From Gammaproteobacteria bacterium (lineage in GTDB: Bacteria; Pseudomonadota; Gammaproteobacteria; Eutrophobiales; Eutrophobiaceae), in NCBI GenBank assembly GCA_963422205.2, contig OY728594.2:1-52210 (forward strand): a stretch of 52,210 nt of DNA, written 5' to 3'. Below the pieces are notes generated by a model. That model did no database searches and was not told the origin of the DNA. It was given only the letters and a program-made list of their open reading frames with translations. This document shows, piece after piece, positions 1 to 10,182 of this stretch (within the stretch, counting starts at the first letter, position 1; every line of letters starts with the position of its first letter). The position numbers and the translations under genes were made by a program.

Positions 1-1575
1 AATATCGCACGACTGGGCCGGGCGCTTGGTGTCGCTGACAACAGTGAGATTGCGGCGACTGCCTTACGTCAATTTTTAAATGACGATCCGATTGACGTGA
101 CGCCGCTCATGCGCAGCGTTCTTGAGCGGCCCCCGACACTCACAGACTGGGCACGAGGCTATTACGTACAGCGCGGTGATCTCCCAGCGGACGTGACCGC
201 TGACGATGTGCGGAGCTTTATTGCCGCGCGGGGTGACGACGAGATAACCGCGCTTGCGCGTGGTGCGCGCAGTGCGGGTTATATTGATCGTGACGCTGAT
301 TTTCGCGGGGCGCTAGAGAGAGACGGGGCCGGTGATCTGGTCTTTGCCGGTCAGGATGCCGAGGCCGTTGCGGACTGGCGAGACTGGTCGGGACTCCCGG
401 ACGAGACATTTGATACAACCGCCGCAATCCGCCAGATCAAGCGCGATTATCCGGGGATCAAGCGCAAAAGACCTACAACGGACTATCTTAAATCGCTCGG
501 CGGCATCAGGCCCGGCACACTCCTAGCGGCTGATCTCAATGCGCGGGGCGTAACAGCGCGTAACACGCCCGGATTGTTTCGCAAAAATGGGCTAGGCGAT
601 ATTGATAATATCCCTGCCGACGAGTACGGCGATGGTGGTATGCGCTCATTGCCGCTGGCTGATGATGGTTTTTATATTGACCGCGAGGCTCTGATAGACG
701 CGATTGTGAGCGAGCAGGCCGGGACGCCTGTGTATCAGACGTTACAGGAGCAGGACGCGGTGCGCCGCATTGCTGATCTTGAGGCATACGGCAAGCAGCT
801 GGGCAAACGGTACAGCGTCGATATTGAGGCGATCAATCGCGTTGCGGACGCAATGCAGCCATCGCCCAATGCTGACGTGCGCTACGATGCTCTGCAATTT
901 GCCCGTGCGGGCGATAGCGTGGAGGTGTCAATTGCCAAGGCGTGGGAGCGCCTCAATCTGACAGACCGCGTGGCAGATGGTGTGCAGGGATCACGTCAGG
1001 CGCTGATTGAGTACCTAGCGCGTCTGGGAGAGACCAATGTTGGCGCGGGGCAAATTGATCAAGCGGTGCGGTCAATGCAGCGCGGCCGGGAATTTGTTGA
1101 TGCGATGCGCGATGCCGGGATTGATATTCAGGGCGCGCAAGCGCGGGCTTTGGCGCGGTCTGCGCAGCAAGAGCGGCCTGCTGATTGGATATATGCGCTG
1201 ATGCTGCGGGAGCAGGGCACTGTGCCACCGTCTGGCGCTGGAAGATTGGAGCGTCCTTTTCCGAGGGCGCGGGCGGCGCCTGATGATGCCGCGCCAGAAC
1301 CGCCGAAGGCGGCGACATTGGTGTCAGAGGAGCAGGGTCTGCAAGCGACACAGGCACCGCGGTCATCGACGCAGCGCGGGGATAGCGATGATCTGGCCGG
1401 TGAGTTTGCAATTGACGAGCAAATTGTTGCGGATATGCGCGAGCAGGGGCAATTGTCGGATGCAGAGATTGCGGAGTTGGATGAGATAGACGATGCAATT
1501 GCGCAGGCTGAGGTTGAGGACGCAGCGATGTTGGCTATGGCAGAGTGCATGGTAATCACTAAGGGGCAGATTTAA
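1..1575 (+). CDS. Internal virion (ejection) protein, 3' part; frame is open to the window edge
   Basis: Frame 1 has no stop from base 1 (NIARLGRALG...) through the listed ORF 97..1575. Helical, acidic protein directly coupled to the next internal virion gene. Probably continues the ORF at 51229..52210. Confidence 0.6.
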   Translation, partial: NIARLGRALGVADNSEIAATALRQFLNDDPIDVTPLMRSVLERPPTLTDWARGYYVQRGDLPADVTADDVRSFIAARGDDEITALARGARSAGYIDRDADFRGALERDGAGDLVFAGQDAEAVADWRDWSGLPDETFDTTAAIRQIKRDYPGIKRKRPTTDYLKSLGGIRPGTLLAADLNARGVTARNTPGLFRKNGLGDIDNIPADEYGDGGMRSLPLADDGFYIDREALIDAIVSEQAGTPVYQTLQEQDAVRRIADLEAYGKQLGKRYSVDIEAINRVADAMQPSPNADVRYDALQFARAGDSVEVSIAKAWERLNLTDRVADGVQGSRQALIEYLARLGETNVGAGQIDQAVRSMQRGREFVDAMRDAGIDIQGAQARALARSAQQERPADWIYALMLREQGTVPPSGAGRLERPFPRARAAPDDAAPEPPKAATLVSEEQGLQATQAPRSSTQRGDSDDLAGEFAIDEQIVADMREQGQLSDAEIAELDEIDDAIAQAEVEDAAMLAMAECMVITKGQI

Positions 1576-4127
1576 TGTCAGCACGGTCAAACAGGTGCAA
1601 AGCGCGTGGCAAGGCAGCGGCGGATGCGGCGGCTAAAAAGCTCAACAAGAGTCAAAAGCGCAAGCGTGCGGTTAATGCGCTTAATCAAAAGACGATTGAC
1701 GAGCTTTACGACGAGTTGGATTCGGCTGGCAATGCGTTGGAGGCAGCGCGTGGCAAAGTTGGTCAAACGCGCCGCGCGGCAATGATTGAAAAAAAGAATA
1801 GAATTCAAAATGTTATTGTGTTTCGCGGCATTATGGATGAAACGAAGGCGGCTTTTGAAAAAACCGGTGATCCAACGCTGGCTATTCGGGCTGCGCTGGG
1901 CGGCGTAAATACGCCTCTGTTTGGGGCGCAGTGGTCTGTGGATGCGATATCGCGGGGCATGACCACGCGGCTGATGGGCGGTGCGTGGAATGATTTGCAA
2001 AAAGCGCGTGTCGAGGTAGGCGGTCGCAAGGTTGATCTGATGCGGCGCTTTGGCAGGCTGACGAAGGACGATGAACGCAAGCTGGCGCGTGTGCTTTGGG
2101 ATATGTCGCTGGATGATCCGCAGGGTGTGACGGCACCAGCGGATATTATGGGCATTGCAAAAATCATGCATAAGTGGCGTGAGATTTGGCGCGGGGAATT
2201 GAATGCGCGCAATGCCAATATTGAAAAACACGAGGGGTATATTGGCCGCCAGAATCATGACACGATTAAAATGGCGGCGGCGGGTCGCGCGGACTGGAAA
2301 GCGGCGGTACGCGATAAGCTGGATTACGCTCGTATGGAGGTTGAGGTTGGGGATATCGATAAGTTTCTTGATAGCGCTTACTGGGCAATTACATCCGGTG
2401 TGCGCTTGTCCGAAAACCGTCCTCTTGAAGATATCGCCAGTGCCTGGACCGGGCCCGGTAATTTAGCAAAGCGGGTAAGTTCGGCGCGTGTTTTGATATT
2501 CAAAGACGCTGATATGTGGATGGATTACCGCGAGCAGTTTTCGTCGTCGAGTCTTCATAATGCGTTTGCGTCGGATATGCTAAATGCGTCACGAAATGTC
2601 GGTCTTCTTACACGGCTGGGCACCAATCCGAAGGCGATGGTGGATCGTCTTATGCAGGCTATTGGGGAAGAGTATCGTTCTGATTTTGACGCGATGGCTA
2701 AAATTAACAATCAGAAAAATCACATCAACAATCTGATTGCGGAGGTTGATGGGACAACGGCGCTGGGATCGGAGACGACCAAGGCGCGCTGGGGTCAGAC
2801 AATTCGCGGTTTGAAAAACATGGCTATTCTGGGGAGTTCGGTGATTTCAACGCTGACGGACTGGGTAAATGTGGCCAATACGCGGCGCTATCACGGGGAT
2901 GGCATGAGCAAAGCCACGATGGAGGGGCTGTTGAGTTTGCCGAAAGGGATTGGCAGGCGGGCGCTGGGCAGTCCTGAACTCAAAGAGGCGCTGCGGCAAT
3001 CGGGTGTTGGGGCAAAGGCAGTTTGGGGCGGTTTTTACAACCGGTTTGACGCCTCGGATGATAGTCGTGGGTATATGTCATGGCTAACAGACAAGTTTTT
3101 CAAGGCAAACTTGATGTCATATCAGGCGGATTTTCAGCGTGAAGCAGCGTTTATGCTGCACGCAACGAAGCTTGGCGCAATGGCGGGCAAAGGGTTTGAT
3201 GATCTGGATGATGCGACAAAGCGTTTGCTGGGTTTGTATAATATCAGCGCCAAGGAGTGGGATATTGCACGGCTGGCAATGACAAAGGACGTGGATGGGG
3301 ACACGTTTATTTTTCCCGGTGAAATTGACAATGTATCAGGTGCGGTGTTTCGGGGTATGTCGAAGGCCCAGCAAGCGCGGGCCAAGCGGGATGTGCGGCT
3401 AAAACTGTTTTCAATGTATGCGACCGAAGTTAGCCATTCCATTCCCGAGCCGGGGGCGCGCGAAAACGCGATTATGAAACAAGGCTTGCAGGAAGGAACC
3501 TGGGCAGGTCAGGGATTGCGGTTTTTAATGCAACTAAAAGCGTTTCCGATTACGATTGCAACCAAGGGCTGGGGACGTGCTTTGCATGGTCAAAGTTTGG
3601 AAAAGCGGTCATTTCTGCAAACAGCAGTAAATTATCAGACAGTAAATCTGATTATTGGTGCCGGAATTACGGGCATGTTTGTGAACTGGATTAATGATCT
3701 GAAAGCGGGTCGTGAGCCCCGGGAATTGTCTTGGAAGTCCTTTGTGGCGGGTTTGCTGAAAGGCGGCGGCGCGGGCATTTACGGTGATTTTCTCTTTGCA
3801 GAAACAAATCGATACGGAACAGGTGCATTGGATACATTGGCGGGACCGGTTCTAGGGACAGCGGCAGAAATAATCAATCTTTGGAATTTGGGGCGACAGG
3901 GAGAAGCGCGCTGGGGCGATGTTCTTCAATTGGTCAAATCCAACATTCCTTTTGCCAATATTTTCTATGTAAAGCCTGTTTTGGATTACATGATTTGGTA
4001 TCAGTTGCAGGAAGCGATAAATCCGGGTTATCTTAAGCGTCAAGAACGCAGGCTACAGCGGCGCGATGGAACGGAATACTGGCTGGCCCCGTCTAATGTG
4101 GTGGCTCGCGGCGGTGGTTTTAGGTGA
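1575..4127 (+). CDS. Large internal virion/ejection protein (epsilon15/BPP-1-type core protein)
   Basis: 850 aa and helical. C-terminal motifs (QLKAFPI, KGGGAGIYGDFLF, IPFANIFY...LQEAINPGYL) resemble podovirus internal core proteins. Confidence 0.7.
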   Translation: MSARSNRCKARGKAAADAAAKKLNKSQKRKRAVNALNQKTIDELYDELDSAGNALEAARGKVGQTRRAAMIEKKNRIQNVIVFRGIMDETKAAFEKTGDPTLAIRAALGGVNTPLFGAQWSVDAISRGMTTRLMGGAWNDLQKARVEVGGRKVDLMRRFGRLTKDDERKLARVLWDMSLDDPQGVTAPADIMGIAKIMHKWREIWRGELNARNANIEKHEGYIGRQNHDTIKMAAAGRADWKAAVRDKLDYARMEVEVGDIDKFLDSAYWAITSGVRLSENRPLEDIASAWTGPGNLAKRVSSARVLIFKDADMWMDYREQFSSSSLHNAFASDMLNASRNVGLLTRLGTNPKAMVDRLMQAIGEEYRSDFDAMAKINNQKNHINNLIAEVDGTTALGSETTKARWGQTIRGLKNMAILGSSVISTLTDWVNVANTRRYHGDGMSKATMEGLLSLPKGIGRRALGSPELKEALRQSGVGAKAVWGGFYNRFDASDDSRGYMSWLTDKFFKANLMSYQADFQREAAFMLHATKLGAMAGKGFDDLDDATKRLLGLYNISAKEWDIARLAMTKDVDGDTFIFPGEIDNVSGAVFRGMSKAQQARAKRDVRLKLFSMYATEVSHSIPEPGARENAIMKQGLQEGTWAGQGLRFLMQLKAFPITIATKGWGRALHGQSLEKRSFLQTAVNYQTVNLIIGAGITGMFVNWINDLKAGREPRELSWKSFVAGLLKGGGAGIYGDFLFAETNRYGTGALDTLAGPVLGTAAEIINLWNLGRQGEARWGDVLQLVKSNIPFANIFYVKPVLDYMIWYQLQEAINPGYLKRQERRLQRRDGTEYWLAPSNVVARGGGFR

Positions 4128-4130
4128 TGA

Positions 4131-6509
4131 ATGAGCACTGATGAAAATTTCACATTCATTGATCCGCTGATTGCGGAGATATGTGATGAAAACGGGCGTG
4201 TTACGCCCGCTGATCTGGATGTTGCGTTTGCTCAAACGGGCCGTGCTATTAATAATTTGAGTTTGGCGCTTTACGATTCTTTATCGCCTTTCCTGACATC
4301 GCCCGGGGATTTTCCGGCAGGATATAATCTGGGTAATGGTCTTATAAAGTTAACGGGGTATGGGCAGGCGGTTCAATATGAAGGTCCTGATATTGCAATG
4401 CCTTTGGTGCGAACACCTGTTTTTCCAGGTGAAACGTATACCCTTACTGTTGCTTATTCACGAACCATTGACTCTAACGATCCGAACAATGATGGGGTTC
4501 GGTATGGTATAGAGTGGTACAATACCACAGGCGCATTGATAGAGCGTCAGGTTATCAAAACAGACTACGCTTTGTTTGTAAAATCTCTTTTGAAATCGGA
4601 GACATTTGTTGTGGGAGAGGGGGAGGCAGAGGATATTGATCTGCCAATTCCACGCAATGCGCGTTATGCGCGTCCATTTTTTGAAGTTTTTGGCATAGAT
4701 CACCAAACCAATCTGCATCGGTTGGGATTACGTGTTCAAGCCACGAGCGGCCTGCGTGGCCCTAAAGGAGACCCTGGCTTTACAGCGATTGCGCCTTCAA
4801 TTGAGATTATAGGCACGTCAGCAAATATAACGACACGTCCTGCCACGGCACAAACGGGCCAGGGGTGGGTGACAACAGATGATGGCAAGGTTTATTTGTT
4901 TGCAGCTGAGCGATGGAATGAACTGCCTGCCTCCCCGATTACAACTGCATCTTCGATTGTCTGGCCGAACAATTATACCATTCCCACAACGGCTCTGCCT
5001 GCTGCAAATGTAGAGCGGGTGTTTTATGTCACGGCGAATGGTAATGATGCCAATGACGGAAGGTCACTGTCTAAGCCAGTTGCGACGGTAGGGCGTGGTC
5101 TGGCATTGGCGGAGGCCACAGGCCAGTCCTGTACGATTAAGGTGAGCGCGGGCGATTACGTGGTACAGCCTGATACGGTTGTGCCTGCGAATTGTGTTTT
5201 GGCAGGCGATGATTTGCGTTCAGTCAAGCTGTCGCTGCCAGCGGGATCGGAAGAAAGCATTATGCTGCGGTTAAGCAGCGGGTGCCGCGTGACAGGATTT
5301 ACGTTTTTAAACATCCGCCAGCCAGAGGCGGTGATTAACAATGAGGATCGGATTTATACGCCGCCTGAAACGGGTTTTGCCTGTGGTTTTAAGGAAAACG
5401 AAGTTATCTTGCGCTCTCCTTATGTATCGAATTGCTCGGTGTTTAATAATCTGACGCTGAATCAGATGCGTGACCCAATTGATCGGGAGGCGGGCAATCC
5501 TCTTATACCGCGCGTGGGTGGCTGTGTAATTTGTGATGGGAATGTGTTGAGTCCGAATACACCGCTGCGATCGATTGTGGTAGATAGTTTTACGGCTATT
5601 AATCCCAATGGTGTGGCGTATTTGATTTTGCGCAATGGGTTTATGCAACTTGTGTCGATTTTCACAAACTGGGCTCGCGCAGGTATTTGGTGTCATTTGG
5701 GTGGTCACGTTACGATTGCAAATTCGAATAATTCGTTTGGCGATTATGCGTTGGTTGGCACGGGGTCTCGTGAAGTTGTCGAGATTGTGGATCAGCCGAC
5801 AGACACTTACGAAGAATATCCTGCGCTGCGTCAGCAAATCATGGACGAAAGCGCGACGATTATTGATGAATTCTGGAACCAGTTGGTTACAGAGTTTCCC
5901 ATGACAATCGGAAGTAATGTCGCGCTGGAGGCGTCTTGCCGTCGGGATGCGGCACGGCTTCTGGATGCGATTGGTGATGATACCGGAACAGCGCAGGACA
6001 GCAGCAGCAAAAATTTTGTCTACAGCTTTTTTGACTGGAATGCGCAATATAACTTTAACGATCAGTATCTGCCTGAAATTCGTCGTTCCTGGGAGATTAT
6101 TCGTCAGCGCATTGCGGCTCGGTGTCCGGCGGCAACAATTGCTGAAGATATGCTGAATGCTCTGTTTGCTATGCTAGACAGTGCAATAGCTACGCCAAAT
6201 CGCATTTTTTTCCAGAGTTTGGTGGAAGCAACAGGGCAACAATTTTCCTATGTTGGCGCTGGCGTAAACCTGAATTCACTGCCTGTTTCGCAGCGGGGAA
6301 CGGGGCGTGCGTTTTCGCAACCAAGGCAAGCACTGTTGTCTGATGGTGTGGCGCGAATTAATGCAACCTTTGGCACTGAGGCGGGTGATACGTATCTGGG
6401 CGAAGATTTGCGTGTGGATTTTGAGCGTTCTATCGTGGAAGGGTTGGCCTTTGAGCGCGGTGTACAAAACATAGCTTTGCCATTGATTTTGGCTTTGGGA
6501 GGAGAATAA
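4131..6509 (+). CDS. Tailspike/tail fibre protein with pectin-lyase-like beta-helix
   Basis: YVTANGNDANDGRS..PVATV motif, followed by GDDLRSV, RSPYVSNCS and DSFTAIN segments typical of phage beta-helix structural proteins. Short GPKGDPG linker. Confidence 0.65.
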   Translation: MSTDENFTFIDPLIAEICDENGRVTPADLDVAFAQTGRAINNLSLALYDSLSPFLTSPGDFPAGYNLGNGLIKLTGYGQAVQYEGPDIAMPLVRTPVFPGETYTLTVAYSRTIDSNDPNNDGVRYGIEWYNTTGALIERQVIKTDYALFVKSLLKSETFVVGEGEAEDIDLPIPRNARYARPFFEVFGIDHQTNLHRLGLRVQATSGLRGPKGDPGFTAIAPSIEIIGTSANITTRPATAQTGQGWVTTDDGKVYLFAAERWNELPASPITTASSIVWPNNYTIPTTALPAANVERVFYVTANGNDANDGRSLSKPVATVGRGLALAEATGQSCTIKVSAGDYVVQPDTVVPANCVLAGDDLRSVKLSLPAGSEESIMLRLSSGCRVTGFTFLNIRQPEAVINNEDRIYTPPETGFACGFKENEVILRSPYVSNCSVFNNLTLNQMRDPIDREAGNPLIPRVGGCVICDGNVLSPNTPLRSIVVDSFTAINPNGVAYLILRNGFMQLVSIFTNWARAGIWCHLGGHVTIANSNNSFGDYALVGTGSREVVEIVDQPTDTYEEYPALRQQIMDESATIIDEFWNQLVTEFPMTIGSNVALEASCRRDAARLLDAIGDDTGTAQDSSSKNFVYSFFDWNAQYNFNDQYLPEIRRSWEIIRQRIAARCPAATIAEDMLNALFAMLDSAIATPNRIFFQSLVEATGQQFSYVGAGVNLNSLPVSQRGTGRAFSQPRQALLSDGVARINATFGTEAGDTYLGEDLRVDFERSIVEGLAFERGVQNIALPLILALGGE

Positions 6510-6512
6510 CCA

Positions 6513-8354
6513 ATGTTTGTTCGCGGATATAATCCAAACGTAAAAAAAGAATTTATAAGCGTAAGTCGCCCTATTCCCGGAACACTAACGTTTAGTGATC
6601 TCGCGACATTTCAGCAAAAAAACCTCTTTTCAAGAGATGTTGATGTTTCATTAGATTTTCCTAGAGATCTTGAAATTTACACTTGGTTTAGTGGTTTTAT
6701 TGCCCCAATTACAAATAGTATAAACAGTCCAGTTTCTATTCCTTCGCAGCTTATTTACGCGCAATTTCCTACAAATTTATCAACAGTTGATCAGATCGGA
6801 TCGGCTGGAATGGGCGCAAGTGTTCCACTCAATACAAATGCACAATTGGCAATATCTCAGGACGCCATGACAATTTATATGGCTGCGGATCGGCTTTATA
6901 CAATTGATCCGGAAACTGGCGTTGCAACGGCGGTTGGACCTGTGGGTTTTGGTCAAAATATTTATGAGCTTGTGTCTTTTCCTTCAGGAGCCACAGCGAC
7001 TCGCACGATTCAATCGTTTTTAATTCGTAATAATGGCGATGCATTTTTAACTGGAAGCGTTGAAAACGATAAAAACCGTTTGTACTCTCTTGATTTAACG
7101 ACTGGAATGGCAACGCCAATTGGGTCTTTGGGATATGGAATTAATAACAATTTTAGCTTGAGTGGTTTGTCTGAAATTCCAGAAAGTGACATAGTTTATG
7201 GGATTGGAAACATTGCTACAAGTGGAGATAACAACCTATATACGATGAATGTTACAACCGGGGAACTTACGCGGGTTGATACTGCTGAGGACAACTTGCG
7301 TATTTTGCCAAGAACCCCGACCCCTTCTAAACTGGCTTCGGTTCGTGATGTTCTTAACACAACGATAACTTCAACATCAAATCAAGATTCTTTAAAAAAC
7401 CTTTTTATATTCAATGGTGAAGGTTTTTACATAATACCCTCCACAAAAATAGAGCAAGCTTATCAAGTTCCCAAAAGTGATCAAATGACTGTTACTGGTG
7501 CACCTTCTGCATTAGCAGATCTTCCCACTGGATTTAGCGGGTTGGCTTTTCGTCGAATTCGTGATTCAAACAACGCAGATATAATTGATATTTATGCTGT
7601 TGTTCAAAACAGATTTGTTAGAATTGCCTCTACACCCAGCATGTTTATGCTGGCTAATAATATTACATCAATTGCAAATCAAAGTTTGAATTTTTCCTTT
7701 AATTTAAATGAAGTTGAAACAATAGCATTTAATCCCGCTAATGATAATGACATTTGCATTACAACATACGTAAATTCGTTTGAAAGGTTTCCCTCATCAA
7801 CCAACTTGAACAATTTTTCGGATAGTAATGGTCGGATTTCTATTTCTCATAATACGCCTGTAATTCGAACCGAACGACCTCCGTTGAATGTGTATCAGAA
7901 CAAAACGGGGCAAGTGTCTTTGCAGTCAGATGCTGTTTTGATTTGTCCCCTGTATCTGGTTACAGAACCCGAACCTTTGGAGGATCGCACTGTATTTGCA
8001 ACATGCTTGATTACAGATTTTATCGTGTCCAATCCATGGCAGGAAGAACAGTCTGAATTTACAATCTATAAAAATCGTCTTGATGTATCAGGTGCTTTTA
8101 TACCAATTTACAAAGGGGAAGCTTTGGCCGTTGGAGATGAACGAAAGATTGATTTGGGAAAACTCTTTCTGACAAGTGGAGAATATCTTGTCATTGCTCA
8201 AGATAATCCCAAAGGCATGGTATACAGCATTAACTATGTTTTGAACCAGACTGCTGAATTCTTTGTGCAAAATGACGATTTTGCGGGCACTAACACATTT
8301 GAGATTGATGGTCTTGAAAGTGTTGTAACTGCGGTTGATGTCATAGACAACTAA
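6513..8354 (+). CDS. Putative virion/tail-associated protein with beta-propeller-like repeats
   Basis: Repeated LYTIDPETG / LYSLDLTTG / LYTMNVTTG blade-like motifs. Visibly more AT-rich than its neighbours. Confidence 0.5.
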   Translation: MFVRGYNPNVKKEFISVSRPIPGTLTFSDLATFQQKNLFSRDVDVSLDFPRDLEIYTWFSGFIAPITNSINSPVSIPSQLIYAQFPTNLSTVDQIGSAGMGASVPLNTNAQLAISQDAMTIYMAADRLYTIDPETGVATAVGPVGFGQNIYELVSFPSGATATRTIQSFLIRNNGDAFLTGSVENDKNRLYSLDLTTGMATPIGSLGYGINNNFSLSGLSEIPESDIVYGIGNIATSGDNNLYTMNVTTGELTRVDTAEDNLRILPRTPTPSKLASVRDVLNTTITSTSNQDSLKNLFIFNGEGFYIIPSTKIEQAYQVPKSDQMTVTGAPSALADLPTGFSGLAFRRIRDSNNADIIDIYAVVQNRFVRIASTPSMFMLANNITSIANQSLNFSFNLNEVETIAFNPANDNDICITTYVNSFERFPSSTNLNNFSDSNGRISISHNTPVIRTERPPLNVYQNKTGQVSLQSDAVLICPLYLVTEPEPLEDRTVFATCLITDFIVSNPWQEEQSEFTIYKNRLDVSGAFIPIYKGEALAVGDERKIDLGKLFLTSGEYLVIAQDNPKGMVYSINYVLNQTAEFFVQNDDFAGTNTFEIDGLESVVTAVDVIDN

Positions 8355-8366
8355 ACGGGCTTACCA

Positions 8367-9968
8367 ATGAACCTTGAGGACGTCTTGGCGGCCTACAAGG
8401 CTTTGCCAAAAACCAAGCAAAAGAAAATTGAAAAAGATGCGCTGAAAGTCACGGCGCACATGCCGTTTGTTCCCAATCCTGGTTCGCAGACAGACGCTTA
8501 TCTGTGCGAGGCCGACGAATTGTTCTACGGCGGGGCCGCTGGCGGCGGTAAAAGTTCTCTGATCTGCGGACTTGCGGTCAATGAATATCACCCGGCATTG
8601 TTACTGCGGCGGGAATCTGCACAAGCGGGCACTCTGGTTTCTGAAATCAAGCGCATTTTGGGACCAAAGAATGACGCTAAATTTGCAGCCACTTCTGTCA
8701 ATGGTGGTGGAATATGGACTTTGCCCAAAGGCGGAACCATTGAAATTGCAGGTGTTGCGCATGAGGACGACAAGGAAAAGTATCAGGGCCGGGCGCATCG
8801 GCTGAAAGCGTTTGATGAAATTACGCAGTTTACGGAAAGCCAGTACCGGTATTTGATCAACTGGCTTCGGGATGTATCGGGAAAACGCTGCCGAATTGTC
8901 TGCACGGGCAATCCGCCCACGACAACGCAAGGGCAGTGGGTTATTCGCTACTGGGCCCCTTGGTTGGACAAGCACCACCCCAACCCTGCCAAATCCGGTG
9001 AGTTGCGTTGGTTTACAACTGTGAATGGTCAGGATCATGAAGTAGACGGCCGCGGCCCGCATATGATTGATGGTCGCGAGGTTCTGGCGCAATCGCGATG
9101 CTTTATTGCTGGCCGTCTGGAAGACAACCCCGATTTAATGGAGACAAATTATGCATCACGCCTTGAAGCGGCTCCAAAGGAATTACGTGATCGTCTGCGG
9201 TATGGTCGGTTTGACGTGGAACCCGAAGATGATGCATGGCAGATTATTCCGTCAAAATGGATTGCAGCGGCGCAGGCGCGTTGGACGGAAACACCATCAA
9301 CGGAAGATATGACAGCGCTTGGTGTGGATGTGGCACAGGGCGGTCAGGACCGCACAGTGCTCATAGCGCGCCATGGAGACTGGTATGGACGCCCGGATGT
9401 GCATGAGGGCGCTGATACCCCTGACGGGCCGTCTGTGGCCGCTCTGGTGGCCTCCAGGCTGCGCGACAGGGCGCGGGTTGTTGTGGATGCAGGCGGCGGC
9501 TATGGCGGCGATACGCTGACGGCTTTGGCCCAGGCTGATATGCCATGTTATGGACACAAAGGCGCAAGCGGCAGTCGGGCGGTCTCGCGTGAAGGTGTGT
9601 TTGCGTTTTATAATTTTCGCAGTGAATGCCTGTGGCTTTTGCGCGAGGATTTGGACCCTGACTATCAAAGCCGGATTGCCCTGCCACCAGACGTAGAACT
9701 GGCGGCCGATCTGGCCAGTTATCGGTATGAAGTTCGCGAACGGGGTGGCAAGCAGATTATTCATGCTTTGCCCAAGGAGTTGATGCGGGCTGAGTTGGGG
9801 CGGTCCCCGGATAAGGGCGATGCGCTGGTTATGGCCTATGCGGCTTTTGCCAAAAGTCTTGCGGAGCCCAGAATTGCAAGCGATCGACGCAAAGCACGTG
9901 CAAATCTTCAACAACACGTGTTAAATGACAGTAGAACTATCTCGGCTCTTCGAAAAAAACTGCGATAG
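8367..9968 (+). CDS. terL: Terminase large subunit
   Basis: Walker A YGGAAGGGKS, Walker B AFDEITQF, TGNP coupling motif, nuclease motifs GVDVAQGGQD and SPDKGDALVM. Confidence 0.95.
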   Translation: MNLEDVLAAYKALPKTKQKKIEKDALKVTAHMPFVPNPGSQTDAYLCEADELFYGGAAGGGKSSLICGLAVNEYHPALLLRRESAQAGTLVSEIKRILGPKNDAKFAATSVNGGGIWTLPKGGTIEIAGVAHEDDKEKYQGRAHRLKAFDEITQFTESQYRYLINWLRDVSGKRCRIVCTGNPPTTTQGQWVIRYWAPWLDKHHPNPAKSGELRWFTTVNGQDHEVDGRGPHMIDGREVLAQSRCFIAGRLEDNPDLMETNYASRLEAAPKELRDRLRYGRFDVEPEDDAWQIIPSKWIAAAQARWTETPSTEDMTALGVDVAQGGQDRTVLIARHGDWYGRPDVHEGADTPDGPSVAALVASRLRDRARVVVDAGGGYGGDTLTALAQADMPCYGHKGASGSRAVSREGVFAFYNFRSECLWLLREDLDPDYQSRIALPPDVELAADLASYRYEVRERGGKQIIHALPKELMRAELGRSPDKGDALVMAYAAFAKSLAEPRIASDRRKARANLQQHVLNDSRTISALRKKLR

Positions 9969-9984
9969 GGAAAGGAATGAAAAT

Positions 9985-10182
9985 ATGAGTTCGTTGTTCA
10001 AAACGCCAAAACCGCCGCCAATTCCTGATCCAACGGCGTTGCCGGATACGGATATGATTGATCAGAACCGTCGCAAAGCACTGCGCAGAATGCGGGCTTC
10101 AAGCGGTATTCTATCTACGCAATTGCAGAATAATGGCGGAGCAAGCAGTACGTTTACGCGCTCTACTTTGGGAAGCAATTAA
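9985..10182 (+). CDS. Small conserved protein between terL and portal
   Basis: ATG at 9985 after AAGGA. MSSLFKTPKPPPIP...RR...STLG pattern and position match BPP-1/T7-like morphogenesis modules. Confidence 0.6.
   Translation: MSSLFKTPKPPPIPDPTALPDTDMIDQNRRKALRRMRASSGILSTQLQNNGGASSTFTRSTLGSN

Noticed and set aside
4748-4780. Collagen-like domain in the tailspike
   Set aside because: Only about three G-X-Y triplets, so treated as a linker.
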